A stretch of 63,188 nt of DNA, counting the filler. It is 5 parts of 5 records of this genome, joined end to end, with 100 filler letters (N's around TTAATTAATTAA, not from the genome) between each part and the next. Parts side by side here need not be neighbours in the genome. Positions count along the whole stretch, not along the records: positions 1 to 5,283 come from DRR378314_1399; positions 5,384 to 16,126 come from DRR378314_1400; 3 more parts are not named here. The stretch is one strand, 5' to 3'. Both the position numbers and the translations under genes were made by a program. This document shows positions 1 through 10,893 of this stretch, in pieces; within the stretch, counting starts at the first letter, position 1; every line of letters starts with the position of its first letter. The notes beneath the pieces were generated by a model that searched no databases, had not been told where the DNA came from, and was given only the letters and a program-made list of their open reading frames with translations.

Positions 1-833
1 GGAAGATGGGAGCGATTGGAGTGATTTTGATGGCGGAGGGTAATGGTTGGTCGCGGGGAGCGCTGTGTGTGGTCCGTAACTTAGCGTGCTTTTGCTTGTT
101 GTTCTTTTCACTGTGATACAGATTCACATGTTTTACCTTTCTGTATCTATTGATATTTGCCAATGATAAGCTCGCTTATTGTCGTGCTTCAATTCTTTTT
201 CAAGCTTAGTGCGTGCGCTGTTCATCTTTATCCTTCGACACGATTTGTCTTTTTCTTGAGTGAATGGCGTATAGCTTGCCATCTTGCTCGGCTTTTCGTT
301 GTCACAGTATACAGAATTTCTCGAGTGCAGAAAGTATGTGCCAACTGTTTCCCTATTTTGATTCTATCCTCATGTAAGGTTTAAAATATAATGCTCTAGT
401 TTATCAGACCGACATCTATCAGCAGCAGTGGGTTGCACTGCGCTACTTTGCTGGAGAGGCACTCTCGCTCTTTACCACACCCAATACTACGGATAAGATG
501 TGGTGTGTAGCGCTCAGCACGAAAAAATGTGAGCATCTCATGCTAACGGAGGCAAAAGTAGAAGTATTTTCTTAAGCTTATGTAGTAGGAACTAATTGCT
601 CGCGCTAACGCCTGCAGGGCCTTTTTTGGACTAAGGAGAGCACATTCCTTAAGCCATGGGCTCTGGGTGGCTCGCCAGCCAATTTGCGATATTTTACACG
701 CGAATGAAGGCGAGTTGCGAGGTGCTTAACCTATCATGGCAAGCTAAAAATAGTAGTTGAATGAAAAGTCCATCATACACTTTAAATCGAAATGTTAACT
801 ATAATAAAATCTGAGTACTTGATTTCACTTGTA

Positions 834-849
834 GTGTGTGTGTGTGTGT
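834..849. repeat. (GT)8 microsatellite followed by a T-run
   Basis: gtgtgtgtgtgtgtgt at 834-849, then poly-T. Typical of eukaryotic non-coding DNA. Confidence 0.8.
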
Positions 850-1307
850 TTTTTTTAAAGTTTAGGTGTTAGCAGGTGTGCTAAACGCATGGTAACGATG
901 CAAATATATAGTTTGCGTGGCTCAGAAGCAACTTTACTGCCGCTTTTGTACACTCCAGGACCACGGAGACCCCAGGCGTTTTTCTATGTGCTCAGCTGTA
1001 TAAGCAAAAAATGGTTTAGGGGTAGCAGAGCTAATGCGCAAACGTGCGTCAGCCAACCTCTGTGACGGGTTAGCTGCTTGACATCTCTCTGGTAGAAATC
1101 TCTTGGGATATGGCTGTGTGGCACATGGTCAATCCCGCAGATGGCGTACAGAAACCAAGTTCTTTACCACTTTATTCAATCCAGTGAGCAAGTCAGATGA
1201 GTTTGCGCGAGAAAAGTAAAGAAAAGAACGCGGAAGAGGTTAAAAATGAAGAGGCGGGCTCCATTTTTGAAGAAGAAAAGACGGTTTTAAATGTTCTTTA
1301 CCGTCCT

Positions 1308-2783
1308 TTACTGGAACGCTGGTTTTTTGTAGCGAATGAACTCACTTCTTTCGTACCGATATTCTGCCAGAGCATTGAGTTTCTCTATGAAAACTCTTTT
1401 TCGATCGGGAACCCTTGTGGGAGAGAGCTTTTTCACAATGCTCGGACAGGCCTCGTCATAAAGTTCTTCGTAAGACACTCTATGTTTACCGCTTTTTCTC
1501 AGAGCATCGATTATCCTTGGCACACCAGATTCTTTTATCCAGTAGTTGATCGAAATTGCGGTAGACATCCAATCTGTGTACGAACCTAACTGCTTTGGCA
1601 TATCTACGCATGCAATACCGAGCATGAACTTGACTATGCCCGAAAGACTGGCTGCATTATTCGTTTGGGCTGGATGGTCAACTTCGGACCAATTGTTTGC
1701 CTCCCAGATGTTGTTCAGCTCACTGGGACCTAAGCTCGTCACAACTTGCCTCACAATGTAAGTGTGACTGACTTCAAAAGATCTGTTCAGGTGTTGCATC
1801 CACGATCGGGTTCTCTTGCTGTCAATCTTAGTTCCAGATGAATCTGCGCCTTTTCTTGTCGTAGTCGATAGCGATGCATCCAGCACCCATATGTTCTTTG
1901 CTTGTACTTCACGTAAGACGTGATACAACCTTTTCACCGTTTGCGCTGCAGACTCCCCTTCTGCTTCTCCTTCCTTTCGTTCTAACAAAAAGATCAAGAC
2001 TTCTGGTGCCCCAATGGCCACGCGTGGTTTGTACTCCCCAAAATCTTCTCCCCAAACTTCAGTTCCAGCCTCTTGGAACGCCCTAATGTATTTCTCATCG
2101 GTCTCAACCAATTCTACAGATTCTTTTTCGGGCATCTCTGTCACCGCCAGGGATTCGAGCGCTGCGGTAATTCCGCCTTCGTCACCGTCGTCGTTGCTCA
2201 ACGCCTTTTGCAAAACTTGCTGCGCTGCTTTTACATTCTGATATACATCTGCGTCAATGGTATCTTCTTCTCCAAAAACGTCAGTGAAAGTACCGATCTT
2301 CACTACTGCCTTGTCTTTTTTACCCCAAGATACAGGTCCTTGGGGATGACTGTCTACGCTTAGAGGTAAAATTGTTGCAGAAGTGATTCCACCTATTTCT
2401 GCACAGATTTCGCTTTGCGAAAAGCTTTGTAGTGCACGGTATGCGGCTTCAAAATCGTTATATCCTGCCACTAGTACCGTACAACCGTCTCGAGCGTACA
2501 CGGTCTCCATTCCGTCGGGGAGATTTTTTAACACGTTCTCAAGGCGAGCGTTAGCATCTTCAGTCCCTTCCAGGTGCGCAAGTCCAACTTTGATAAGCAA
2601 AACACATTTAAAAGATAAGTTACGAATCTTCTTGCAAAATAGAGAAACTTGACGGAATAGATCTTCGTCGTCAAGATTAACGGTGCAGAGGTACAGGCAA
2701 GTAGCTTCAAGTAACATTTTTCCTGCGATTGCGCACGCGTGACACGATCGGGGAATTTGCGTAAGGGTTATGGTCATTTCCAA
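1308..2783 (-). CDS. Hypothetical protein, 491 aa, no recognisable family
   Basis: Only long ORF on contig 1, with globular-protein-like composition. The TTG start is uncertain; ATGs at codon 3 (MTITL) or codon 23 (MLLEA) are alternatives. Confidence 0.7.
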   Translation of the reverse strand: MEMTITLTQIPRSCHACAIAGKMLLEATCLYLCTVNLDDEDLFRQVSLFCKKIRNLSFKCVLLIKVGLAHLEGTEDANARLENVLKNLPDGMETVYARDGCTVLVAGYNDFEAAYRALQSFSQSEICAEIGGITSATILPLSVDSHPQGPVSWGKKDKAVVKIGTFTDVFGEEDTIDADVYQNVKAAQQVLQKALSNDDGDEGGITAALESLAVTEMPEKESVELVETDEKYIRAFQEAGTEVWGEDFGEYKPRVAIGAPEVLIFLLERKEGEAEGESAAQTVKRLYHVLREVQAKNIWVLDASLSTTTRKGADSSGTKIDSKRTRSWMQHLNRSFEVSHTYIVRQVVTSLGPSELNNIWEANNWSEVDHPAQTNNAASLSGIVKFMLGIACVDMPKQLGSYTDWMSTAISINYWIKESGVPRIIDALRKSGKHRVSYEELYDEACPSIVKKLSPTRVPDRKRVFIEKLNALAEYRYERSEFIRYKKPAFQ

Positions 2784-5283
2784 ACCAATGCATCAGCAAG
2801 CCTGATGTGTTACAATTGGTTTGTCGTTCCTAACGTCGAAGAATAGAAATCGCAGGCAAAGAGTGGGCTCATCGTTGTGCAAATTAAAAACACGAAGGAT
2901 TCGTGGAGGCGATCTAAATCATAGGAATCCCTTGGCACGGTTTTGGGTTTGTTGTGAGAACCCCCGTGTGAAAACAGGACAGTAGATGCACCCTTGTAGT
3001 AGAGAATGTTAAGCGACAGTATGCTCTTCGCAGGAGTCTTGTGCGAAGAGAGGGTTAAAGGCCTGGGGCATATTGCCAATCTTGGGTTAGTACGATGTGC
3101 AGCGCAGAATTAAAGATTTCCTTATGGTAGCGCTTCTTTCCGATGCATTCAGGTAAGGGCCCACGTCCATAATTTTCTGGTAGAGCTGTGGCCTCGCCTC
3201 TTTACACTGCCTGTTCTGCTTTGGGAATGGCGTGGCTCCTGCCGCATGATGTGGTCTGGTCCGAATTTTACGCAGCGGCACTTAACGTCGTTCTGGAGGT
3301 GTGCTCGCTGCCTGCTAAAGGATAGTGCTGCGCGGACTAGGATAAGGAATGTACATAAAATAGTACGTTTGATAAGAGCTGTTCCGCTATTTTTTGCTAG
3401 GTGAGGCATGGATCAATTTCTACCCTTATGTACTTCTCGAGCGTTAAACTACCGCTGACGGCACTGCACTTCGAATCATGTAACTGTCAGTTCATGGCCG
3501 CTGTAGGAGCGATGCCAGAATCCCTTCCGTTTCACGGACACTTGAAATACTGACATTCTTACATGATTTGAATTTTACGGCGTAAATTACAAAAAATAAT
3601 TCCAGATACGCCGAATGTGCTCTATTGATGCTACGGTGGCACTTTTCGAGCTGCCGCTGTCTCTGGTTGCTGCAAACGTTCCCGGCGTTTGAAGGCGCTG
3701 CCCACATATTTCGCGTCCAAGTTTGAGATCTGGTAACTGTATCAAGTTCCAATGCCTACGCTAAGATAATATATACAGCAAGCGGTATATATTATCATAG
3801 TAATACTGCATGTAAAATCAGGGTAAAGGTGGATCGATGGTTACATGCGCGAGCGTGTCGGTGGCGCGGATGTGGGTCAAAGCCAGCACAGGGACAGACG
3901 GGCGATCTCCTATAAGGCAACCAGTCTTTCCGCGCTCCAACTGCGAAAAACGAGAGATAATACACATAATTTTTCTGATGCCTGATAAAGACTAACCATT
4001 GCATAAATTATTGTGATGCTTTGCAAAGAAAATGTTGCTAAGAGTTGTAAAAATTAGCACGAAAGCTGCGTTGTAGCACCAGCCAGCCCAGTTGTTTCCG
4101 TTGTTCCGTTTCTGGCAGTGTATCTCCCAAACCAGGCGCAGAGTTATACTTTTTACCGCAAGGCGCTGCTCTCTTATTCTGAGCCAACAGTCCTTCTATT
4201 TTAATTCGTGCTCTCAAAAAAAGAAGAAATGGTTTTCTAAGCACACTTAATGTGGCTCTGGAGATAGCTTACGGTGCGCACCGTTGAGGTAGAGCGTGCG
4301 CGTTGCTTGTTGGTCTAAGGGATCTTGTCCTTCCGAGGGTTCCGACTGCGACGTTGCTGTCGAGTAACCCTATCTCGCGAAAATGAGCTATATTCTTCAC
4401 TGTTCGACCAAAATGCACTGATACAAACCAACCTACCTACCTACGTCAATTTTTTTTTCAAGCAGTAGACAGCTTTACAAACGCTTGTTTGTGGGTATGG
4501 CAAAAGTGGTTGCTTACACACGTGTGAGGTTTGCAACTGAAAGCGCACGTCCTACATATGAGGGACATATTGCTGCTTCTATAGTTCTGAAAACTTCTGC
4601 GAGTTGAGCTTTAGATATAAGTACGCGGTGGTATCATTTTAAATGCGTTTAAACTATGCATGGTTTGCTGAGGAAGATGGGCACTTGACTGCCAAGAAAG
4701 AGCGAGCGCATGTCACTTCGGAGTTGCACAGAACGCTGTTCGTTCCGGGTCGTCTCAACATCTTTATCGTCAAAGAATAAAGAGCATTTTACGGGTTACA
4801 ATATACATACACGCTTGGTATCGGTCAAACACAAGTACACTTAAAATGACTTACTTTTTCTTTCGTTTGAGGAAAAGATGAACGGCAACGGACGGCAAGA
4901 GCGCTGAGAATCTTCGAGCCTTTAACGGTGCCGGATAGACGGCAACGGCAAAAATACATGTGCCAGACGGCGCGTACAATGCCGATGAAGCGATAGCCCG
5001 CGGTCAAGCTTTCGAGATTCTACGGAATCAAACCGACAAGCCGTTGATTTCAACGGAAGCGCGCAACGGCTGCACCTGGCCCCAATAAGAAAAGAGCGGG
5101 ATGTACAATGCTAAGCTTACTGAGCTTCAACAAATCACCCGCATTGGCGAAAAGCATTTGCAGCCAGCCCTACTGCGCGGAGTGTCGCCGTTTGCTGTCG
5201 TTGAGGCGCTTGCTGGGTTAGAGCCAGTGGTACGTGGGGAATGGCTAACATGCATAAATGACCCCAAAAAGTGGCAAGCAGGA

Positions 5284-5383
5284 NNNNNNNNNNNNNNNNN
5301 NNNNNNNNNNNNNNNNNNNNNNNNNNNTTAATTAATTAANNNNNNNNNNNNNNNNNNNNNNNNNNNNNNNNNNNNNNNNNNNN
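5284..5383. other. Artificial contig spacer (N44-TTAATTAATTAA-N44)
   Basis: Exactly 100 nt, with a linker giving stops in all six frames. Identical at all four junctions. Confidence 0.99.
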
Positions 5384-5384
5384 C

Positions 5385-5405
5385 ATTCTGAATTCATTTC
5401 AGAAT
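5385..5405. repeat. REP-like palindrome at the contig edge
   Basis: ATTCTGAA-ttcat-TTCAGAAT inverted repeat. From memory it resembles flavobacterial GTCATTCTGAATTTATTTCAGAATCT-type extragenic repeats. Confidence 0.55.
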
Positions 5406-5577
5406 CTCATAATGCAGATAAGTAAATCACTCTGGGAACCTGAATGAGTCCAATTAATTACGATTGCCGTTGTTCACGTAAATTTTGATATTAATTTAAT
5501 AGAATCAATCGGCGATTTTCTTATAGCTGTCCGTAACTTTAAGATAGTTTAGTTATTCACCCTAAAATACTCCAGAT

Positions 5578-6153
5578 ATGAAAAAAATTCTTTTCCTTAC
5601 AGGTGATTTTGCCGAAGATTACGAAACCATGGTACCTTTTCAAATGCTTTTGATGGTTGGCTACGAGGTACATGCCGTTTGCCCAGACAAGAAAAAAGGC
5701 GATACCATTAAAACCGCCATTCACGATTTTGAAGGCGACCAGACCTACACCGAAAAACCAGGTCATAATTTTGAATTGAACTACAGTTTTTCGGAAGTTG
5801 ACCCTTCCGATTATGCAGGATTGGTCATTGCCGGAGGTCGTGCTCCAGAATATCTTCGCCTAAACCAGAAAGTGCTGGATGTGGTCAAGCACTTCTTTGA
5901 CGAAAACAAACCCGTAGCGGCCGTTTGTCACGGTATTCAAATACTCACCGCAGCAGGCGTGGTAAAAGGTCGTAAACTGACTGCTTACCCCGCTGTTGGA
6001 CCGGAAGTAACCGTTGCAGGTGGTGAATTTCAAGATATTCCGGTGGATGGAGCCTATGTGGATGGCAACTTGGTTACCTCCCCAGCATGGCCTGCGCACC
6101 CTGCATTTATTCGTGAATTCTTAAAAGTAATGGGGGCTAAAATATCCATCTAA
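5578..6153 (+). CDS. DJ-1/PfpI family protein (type 1 glutamine amidotransferase-like)
   Basis: Motifs [19 protein letters not shown], nucleophile elbow AVCHG and DGNLVT. Confidence 0.95.
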   Translation: MKKILFLTGDFAEDYETMVPFQMLLMVGYEVHAVCPDKKKGDTIKTAIHDFEGDQTYTEKPGHNFELNYSFSEVDPSDYAGLVIAGGRAPEYLRLNQKVLDVVKHFFDENKPVAAVCHGIQILTAAGVVKGRKLTAYPAVGPEVTVAGGEFQDIPVDGAYVDGNLVTSPAWPAHPAFIREFLKVMGAKISI

Positions 6154-6171
6154 AAAATAATCCATTCGGAT

Positions 6172-6223
6172 AAAAAAGGACGGCATTACCAAGAATATTT
6201 TTTAGGTAATGCCGTCCTTTTTT
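6172..6223 (+). terminator. Rho-independent terminator after PfpI
   Basis: AAAAAAGGACGGCATTACC ... GGTAATGCCGTCCTTTTTT, a 19-bp inverted repeat with a U-tract. Confidence 0.9.
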
Positions 6224-6293
6224 CTTTTTTATGAAGATGCTCAGCCTTAAAAAAGAGTTTTGACTATATTAACTGAAGCTTAAAAAATTCAAC

Positions 6294-6641
6294 ATGGATG
6301 CGAACAAGGAACTTAAATTACGATGCTGGATAGATATTGATGGGAGAAAGTTTTTTGGACCTGGGCGAGCGCAACTATTGATGATGATCGATAAAAATGG
6401 TTCCTTGTCCAAAGCTGCCAAGGAAATGGGTATGTCCTACCGAAAAGCTTGGTCCATGGTGGAAGACATGAACCATAGAGGGCAACAACCTTATGTGGAA
6501 CTGCACAAAGGAGGAGCCCAAGGTGGCGGGGCCGAATTAACCGAAGCTGGTAAAAAAGTACTTTCCGCCTTCATCAAAATGAACACCATAATCAACGAGA
6601 CCTTAGAGGAACATACGGACGAAATGCTGGGACTGATTTAA
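6294..6641 (+). CDS. modE: ModE-family winged-helix regulator, N-terminal domain only (no TOBE/Mop domains)
   Basis: FFGPGRAQLL...GSLSKAAKEMGMSYRKAW...GGAQGGGAELT matches ModE_N. Only 115 aa; adjacent to the Moco operon. Confidence 0.85.
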   Translation: MDANKELKLRCWIDIDGRKFFGPGRAQLLMMIDKNGSLSKAAKEMGMSYRKAWSMVEDMNHRGQQPYVELHKGGAQGGGAELTEAGKKVLSAFIKMNTIINETLEEHTDEMLGLI

Positions 6642-7393
6642 ATCTTGATGCCAAAACCGTGCAACAGAATCAATCGAAGGCCTACGTAAAGTACCAAAAT
6701 ACTGGTAAGCACACCCAAAAATTTTAGATTGAATTTTTTGTTGGACAGATAAGAACCGATACTCCCGCCAATCACCACGGCAACCACAAGTTGTACCATC
6801 AACTCACTGTTCAGTTTGAAAGTTCCTGCCACATTTAGGCCAATCAAGCCCGAAATGGAATTCACCAAAATAAAAACAGAAGCCAATGAAGCGATAGTTC
6901 TAGGGTTGGCCCATTTTAAAAGGTTTAGCACCGGCGACAAGAAAATACCTCCACCGATACCCGATACGCCCGATAGCAATCCGATACTTCCACCTAAGAG
7001 TAGTTTTTTAGTAATTGAGAACTCGTAGGTATCAATTTTTTTCTTCACAAAACGAAGCAGCATAAAAATACCGGCCAAGACAAGGGCTATTCCCAATACC
7101 ATAAAAAAAAAGGTCTTGGAAAGTCGTAACTGCGCTCCGAGATAAGCCAATGGGATGCTTGCCGCCAAAAAAGGCCAAAACTTTTTTAGAGTAAACACTC
7201 GATTCTTGATAAAAAACAACGTTCCAATGGTCACTACACAAATATTTAAAACCAATGCCGTGGAGCGTATCTCGTAAAAATCGGTCAAGAAAAGGCTTAG
7301 AATAGCCAAATAACTGGAACCTCCCCCAAATCCGACCGAGCTATAAAAAAGTGCAATCAAAAAGAAGACAATGGGCAAATATTCAACGCTCAT
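6638..7393 (-). CDS. TauE/SafE (TSUP) family membrane transporter
   Basis: Multi-TM protein with duplicated GFGGGS / GIGGGIF motifs. Last gene of the Moco operon; its stop overlaps the modE stop at a shared TTAA. Confidence 0.9.
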   Translation of the reverse strand: MSVEYLPIVFFLIALFYSSVGFGGGSSYLAILSLFLTDFYEIRSTALVLNICVVTIGTLFFIKNRVFTLKKFWPFLAASIPLAYLGAQLRLSKTFFFMVLGIALVLAGIFMLLRFVKKKIDTYEFSITKKLLLGGSIGLLSGVSGIGGGIFLSPVLNLLKWANPRTIASLASVFILVNSISGLIGLNVAGTFKLNSELMVQLVVAVVIGGSIGSYLSNKKFNLKFLGVLTSILVLYVGLRLILLHGFGIKI

Positions 7394-7398
7394 TTTGG

Positions 7399-8565
7399 TT
7401 AGGAAATTAGTTTACAACTAATCAAATCACCTTCTGCAAGTTTCTCACCTTCATCTACAAAAGCGAGTGCGTTTCCTTTGGCCATAGATTGAATCATAGA
7501 GGAACCTTGACCATCCAAAATTTGCGCTTTACCATCAAAAACAGCTGCCTTTAGAAAAGATGGACGTCCAAAACGATTTTCATACGGATGCTTTATCGGG
7601 AATTGATAGGTAGCCAAACCATATTGTCCGTAGCCTGATAATTTCTGTAATAACGGAAGCACATACACATAAAAACAGGTCAATGACGAAGCTGGATTCC
7701 CCGGAAGTGCAAATACAAACTGATTTTGCTTTCGCCCAAAATAAAGCGGTTTTCCAGGCTTCTGAAACACCTTGTAAAACAACTCGTTGACTCCATTTTC
7801 TTCGAGGGATTGTTTTACAAAATCATAATCGCCCACTGATATTCCTCCAGAAATAATCAGCACATCGCAGGATTCCAAAGCCGTTTTAATCCCAACCTTT
7901 GTGGCCTCAAAATCATCTTGAAGCTGTATTTTTTGATGGTGCTGAAACCCAAATTGCTGCAGTGCTCCCGCAATTGCATAGCTGTTGGATTCGTAGATTT
8001 GTCCCTCGGTTTTGGGGTTGCCCGGTTTTACCAATTCGTTTCCCGTTGTGATGATATTCACCCGTGGTTTGGAAAAAACATCCAGCTCGGACCATCCCAA
8101 ACTGCCCATCAATGCCAAGGAGGGTGGACTTAACACATGGCCTTTTTCAAATACGGCCTGTCCCTCTTTCAATTGACCTCCTTTTTCCCGGATGTTTTGT
8201 CCTGCTTTGGGTGTCTCATCAAGAAACAACGTGCGCTCTTTAACCGAAGTTTTCTCCTGCATCATGACCGCCGTAGTGTTTTGGGGCACCTTGGCACCTG
8301 TGAATATCCGAACCGCTTCACCATCCTTCATCAAAATTTCTTTGGAGTCGCCAGCGGCCACCTCGCCTACCAATTTGTATTCCTGATAAAGCCCGCACAA
8401 TGCATACCCATCCATCGCGGAATTGTCAAACTCGGGTACATCAAAAGGAGCTGCAGTGTTTGCGGCAAGCGCATAGCCCAGAGAGGTTTCAAGTGGCTTT
8501 GTTTCCCTTTGTAAATTGATTTTTTGGTCTTCAATAATGCGAAGTGCTTCTTCAATTGTAACCAT
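7399..8565 (-). CDS. moeA: Molybdopterin molybdotransferase MoeA
   Basis: FDNSAMDGYA, RIFTGA, TTGNEL, SGGISVGDYD, KPGKP and LPGNP motifs. Confidence 0.97.
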   Translation of the reverse strand: MVTIEEALRIIEDQKINLQRETKPLETSLGYALAANTAAPFDVPEFDNSAMDGYALCGLYQEYKLVGEVAAGDSKEILMKDGEAVRIFTGAKVPQNTTAVMMQEKTSVKERTLFLDETPKAGQNIREKGGQLKEGQAVFEKGHVLSPPSLALMGSLGWSELDVFSKPRVNIITTGNELVKPGNPKTEGQIYESNSYAIAGALQQFGFQHHQKIQLQDDFEATKVGIKTALESCDVLIISGGISVGDYDFVKQSLEENGVNELFYKVFQKPGKPLYFGRKQNQFVFALPGNPASSLTCFYVYVLPLLQKLSGYGQYGLATYQFPIKHPYENRFGRPSFLKAAVFDGKAQILDGQGSSMIQSMAKGNALAFVDEGEKLAEGDLISCKLIS

Positions 8566-9557
8566 TAGCCTCCTATTGAAATCATGGAACGGTTTTGCTC
8601 GTAGTGTTCGGCATCCATCTTTACATCCATCCCGTCTCGGGAATGTTTTTTGGATTTAATCGCCTCCAAAATGGTGTTATCTATCTTTTCGCCGTTCCGC
8701 ATCGGGGTCAATAAGTCCGTTTCGGATGTGGCAAACAGACAATTCTTCATCTTGCCATCAGCCGTTAGACGAATACGGTTGCACTCATCACAAAAAGGAT
8801 TGGTAATCGTGCTCACAATGCCAAAACTGCCCTTGTGGCCCTTTACCCTAAAGTTGGTCGAAGTGCTATGCTTTGGATTTTGCAAAGTTTCTATTTCCCC
8901 GAACTTGTCACCAACGGTCTGTAAAATTTCGTCTTTGGACACGCCCTTGCTCCAGTCCCATTTATTGCCCTTAAAAGGCATAAACTCAATGAACTTGGGC
9001 GTAATCTTTTTATCCTTGGTCAGAGCAATAAAATCATTGATTTCATTGTCGTTCACCCCTTTGATCAGAACAATATTGATTTTGAGGTCCATATCCATGT
9101 CCAAAGCCATGTTCAGGTTCCGCATGATGCGTTCGAAATAATCCCGCTTGGTGATGAAAACGGATTTGGCCTTGTCCAGGGTATCCAAACTAAAGTTGAT
9201 TTTACGCAACCCAATTTTCTGGAAGAGTTCCAGGTATTTGTCGAGAACAATTCCATTGGTGGTCAATTTGAGAGTAACGCCAAGTTTGGCCAGTTCTTCG
9301 ACCAAAAAGCCGAAATTCTTCCGAACCAAAGGTTCGCCCCCAGTCAGCCGCACCGTATCCACACCCAAATCCCGGAATGTACGAGTCATTTCGATGATTT
9401 CTTCAAGTGTCATGATGCTCGGCTTTTCCATCAACTCAATACCTTCTTCGGGCATGCAGTAAAAGCATCGAAGATTGCATCGGTCCGTCAACGAAATGCG
9501 GAGATAGGTATGTGGCCTACCGAAATTGTCTATTATTTGTGGTTTCTTTTCAATCAT
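8565..9557 (-). CDS. moaA: GTP 3',8-cyclase MoaA (radical SAM)
   Basis: YLRISLTDRCNLRCFYC, second cluster FCDECNRIR...C, C-terminal MISIGG. Confidence 0.98.
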   Translation of the reverse strand: MIEKKPQIIDNFGRPHTYLRISLTDRCNLRCFYCMPEEGIELMEKPSIMTLEEIIEMTRTFRDLGVDTVRLTGGEPLVRKNFGFLVEELAKLGVTLKLTTNGIVLDKYLELFQKIGLRKINFSLDTLDKAKSVFITKRDYFERIMRNLNMALDMDMDLKINIVLIKGVNDNEINDFIALTKDKKITPKFIEFMPFKGNKWDWSKGVSKDEILQTVGDKFGEIETLQNPKHSTSTNFRVKGHKGSFGIVSTITNPFCDECNRIRLTADGKMKNCLFATSETDLLTPMRNGEKIDNTILEAIKSKKHSRDGMDVKMDAEHYEQNRSMISIGG

Positions 9558-10446
9558 GTCTTTTTCCTTCTATCACTTTAAATGCATGCAGTACGTGGGG
9601 GAAAATCGCATCCATGGATTCTGCTGCTCCTTTGGTGGAACCCGGCAGTGCCAGAATGAGTTTACCATCCTTGATGCCCGCGATGGAACGCGAAAACATC
9701 GCATACGGCATCCGATTTTGCCCGTAGCTTCGCATTTGTTCTTCTACTCCTTTTAGTTTGATGTCCAACAAGGGTTCCAAGGTCTGTGGGGTGACATCTC
9801 GTGGCCCCACACCCGTTCCTCCCGTAAAAATCACCAAGTCTGCGGTGGTGTTTTCTACTTTTTTAAGGATTTCCTCAGCTTCATCGGGAATAATGCTTTT
9901 TTGAGCTGTTACTCCTAAGGCCTTCAATTTCTCTATGATAGCCTCCCCTGCCCTGTCTTCTCCTTTTCCTTTGGAAATGGTGTCGGAACAAACAATAACA
10001 TCGGCAGTCAGCCCTTCTGAATTGATTTTGAAAGAGGATTTTCCTCCTTTTTTCGATTTGAGACGAATGGTGCTGATTTCAACATTCTTGTCAATCGGTT
10101 TGAGCATATCGTACATCGTAAGCGCAACAACGCTCGCTCCGTGCATCGCCTCTACTTCTACCCCTGTTTTATAAATGGTTTTTACCGTCATCCTAATGAT
10201 GATGTCCAAACCATCGATTTCATAATCGATTCCGGTGTATTCGATGGGTAACGGATGACAATCGGGCAACAGGTCCGGCGTTTTTTTGACGCCCAACAAG
10301 CCGGCCGCCTTGGCCATTTCAAACACATTCCCTTTGGGAACGGCGTTGTTTTGTATGGCATCAATCGTAGCCTGACTGCTCGTTTTTACGATAGCTTCTG
10401 CGGTGGCTTCCCGCAAGGTGGTCACTTTATGTGTAATGTCTACCAT
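9550..10446 (-). CDS. moaCB: Bifunctional MoaC-MoaB/MogA fusion
   Basis: N-terminal MVDITHK, DCHPL, TGVEVEA (MoaC). C-terminal TGGTGVGPRDVTP, LPGS (MoaB/MogA). Confidence 0.93.
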   Translation of the reverse strand: MVDITHKVTTLREATAEAIVKTSSQATIDAIQNNAVPKGNVFEMAKAAGLLGVKKTPDLLPDCHPLPIEYTGIDYEIDGLDIIIRMTVKTIYKTGVEVEAMHGASVVALTMYDMLKPIDKNVEISTIRLKSKKGGKSSFKINSEGLTADVIVCSDTISKGKGEDRAGEAIIEKLKALGVTAQKSIIPDEAEEILKKVENTTADLVIFTGGTGVGPRDVTPQTLEPLLDIKLKGVEEQMRSYGQNRMPYAMFSRSIAGIKDGKLILALPGSTKGAAESMDAIFPHVLHAFKVIEGKRHD

Positions 10447-10893
10447 TTACTTATTTACTTTCCATTGATGGGTTTCGTCCTCAAAAATCTCCTTTCCGAA
10501 AACAGGCACCTTCGCCTTGATTTCCTCCACAAAAAAGTTCGTGGCCGCTATCGCAATCTTTCGGTGTGCCGATGATGTGAACACGAACAAGCACAACTCA
10601 CCAACCTTTACTGGGCCCAAACTGTGATAAATATGGGCACATGTAATATCGAACTTGGCAAAAGCAGCTTCACGGATTTCGTGAAACACTTTTTCCGCCA
10701 TTTCCTCATAGGCCGAATAATCGATAGCGGTTACGGTTTTTCCGTCCACTTCGTCGGCCCTGACCTGTCCCAAAAAAATACTATGGGCACCAATATTGGT
10801 CTTGCTTTGGTGATTGGCCACAGAATTGGCGATTTTTTCGGGAGGAATCGCTCCTTGTACAAATACTTTTTTTGGTTTCTTCTTATCCATCAA
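10447..10893 (-). CDS. moaE: Molybdopterin synthase catalytic subunit MoaE
   Basis: GAHSIFLGQVR, YSAYEEMA, HSLG, SAHR and VPVFGKE motifs. Confidence 0.95.
   Translation of the reverse strand: MMDKKKPKKVFVQGAIPPEKIANSVANHQSKTNIGAHSIFLGQVRADEVDGKTVTAIDYSAYEEMAEKVFHEIREAAFAKFDITCAHIYHSLGPVKVGELCLFVFTSSAHRKIAIAATNFFVEEIKAKVPVFGKEIFEDETHQWKVNK

Noticed and set aside
2-43. Possible C-terminus of a gene at the window start (EDGSDWSDFDGGG-stop)
   Set aside because: Only 13 codons are visible, too short to support a call.
2784-2918. In-frame TGA in a C-U-C context upstream of the 491-aa ORF, suggesting selenocysteine read-through
   Set aside because: The upstream open stretch is only 41 codons with no ATG, no SECIS is recognisable, and chance explains it.
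4882-5283. Alternative genetic code (TAA/TAG = Gln) on contig 1
   Set aside because: The 491-aa ORF on the same contig has no internal TAA/TAG and ends at TAA followed by UTR-like sequence, consistent with the standard code.
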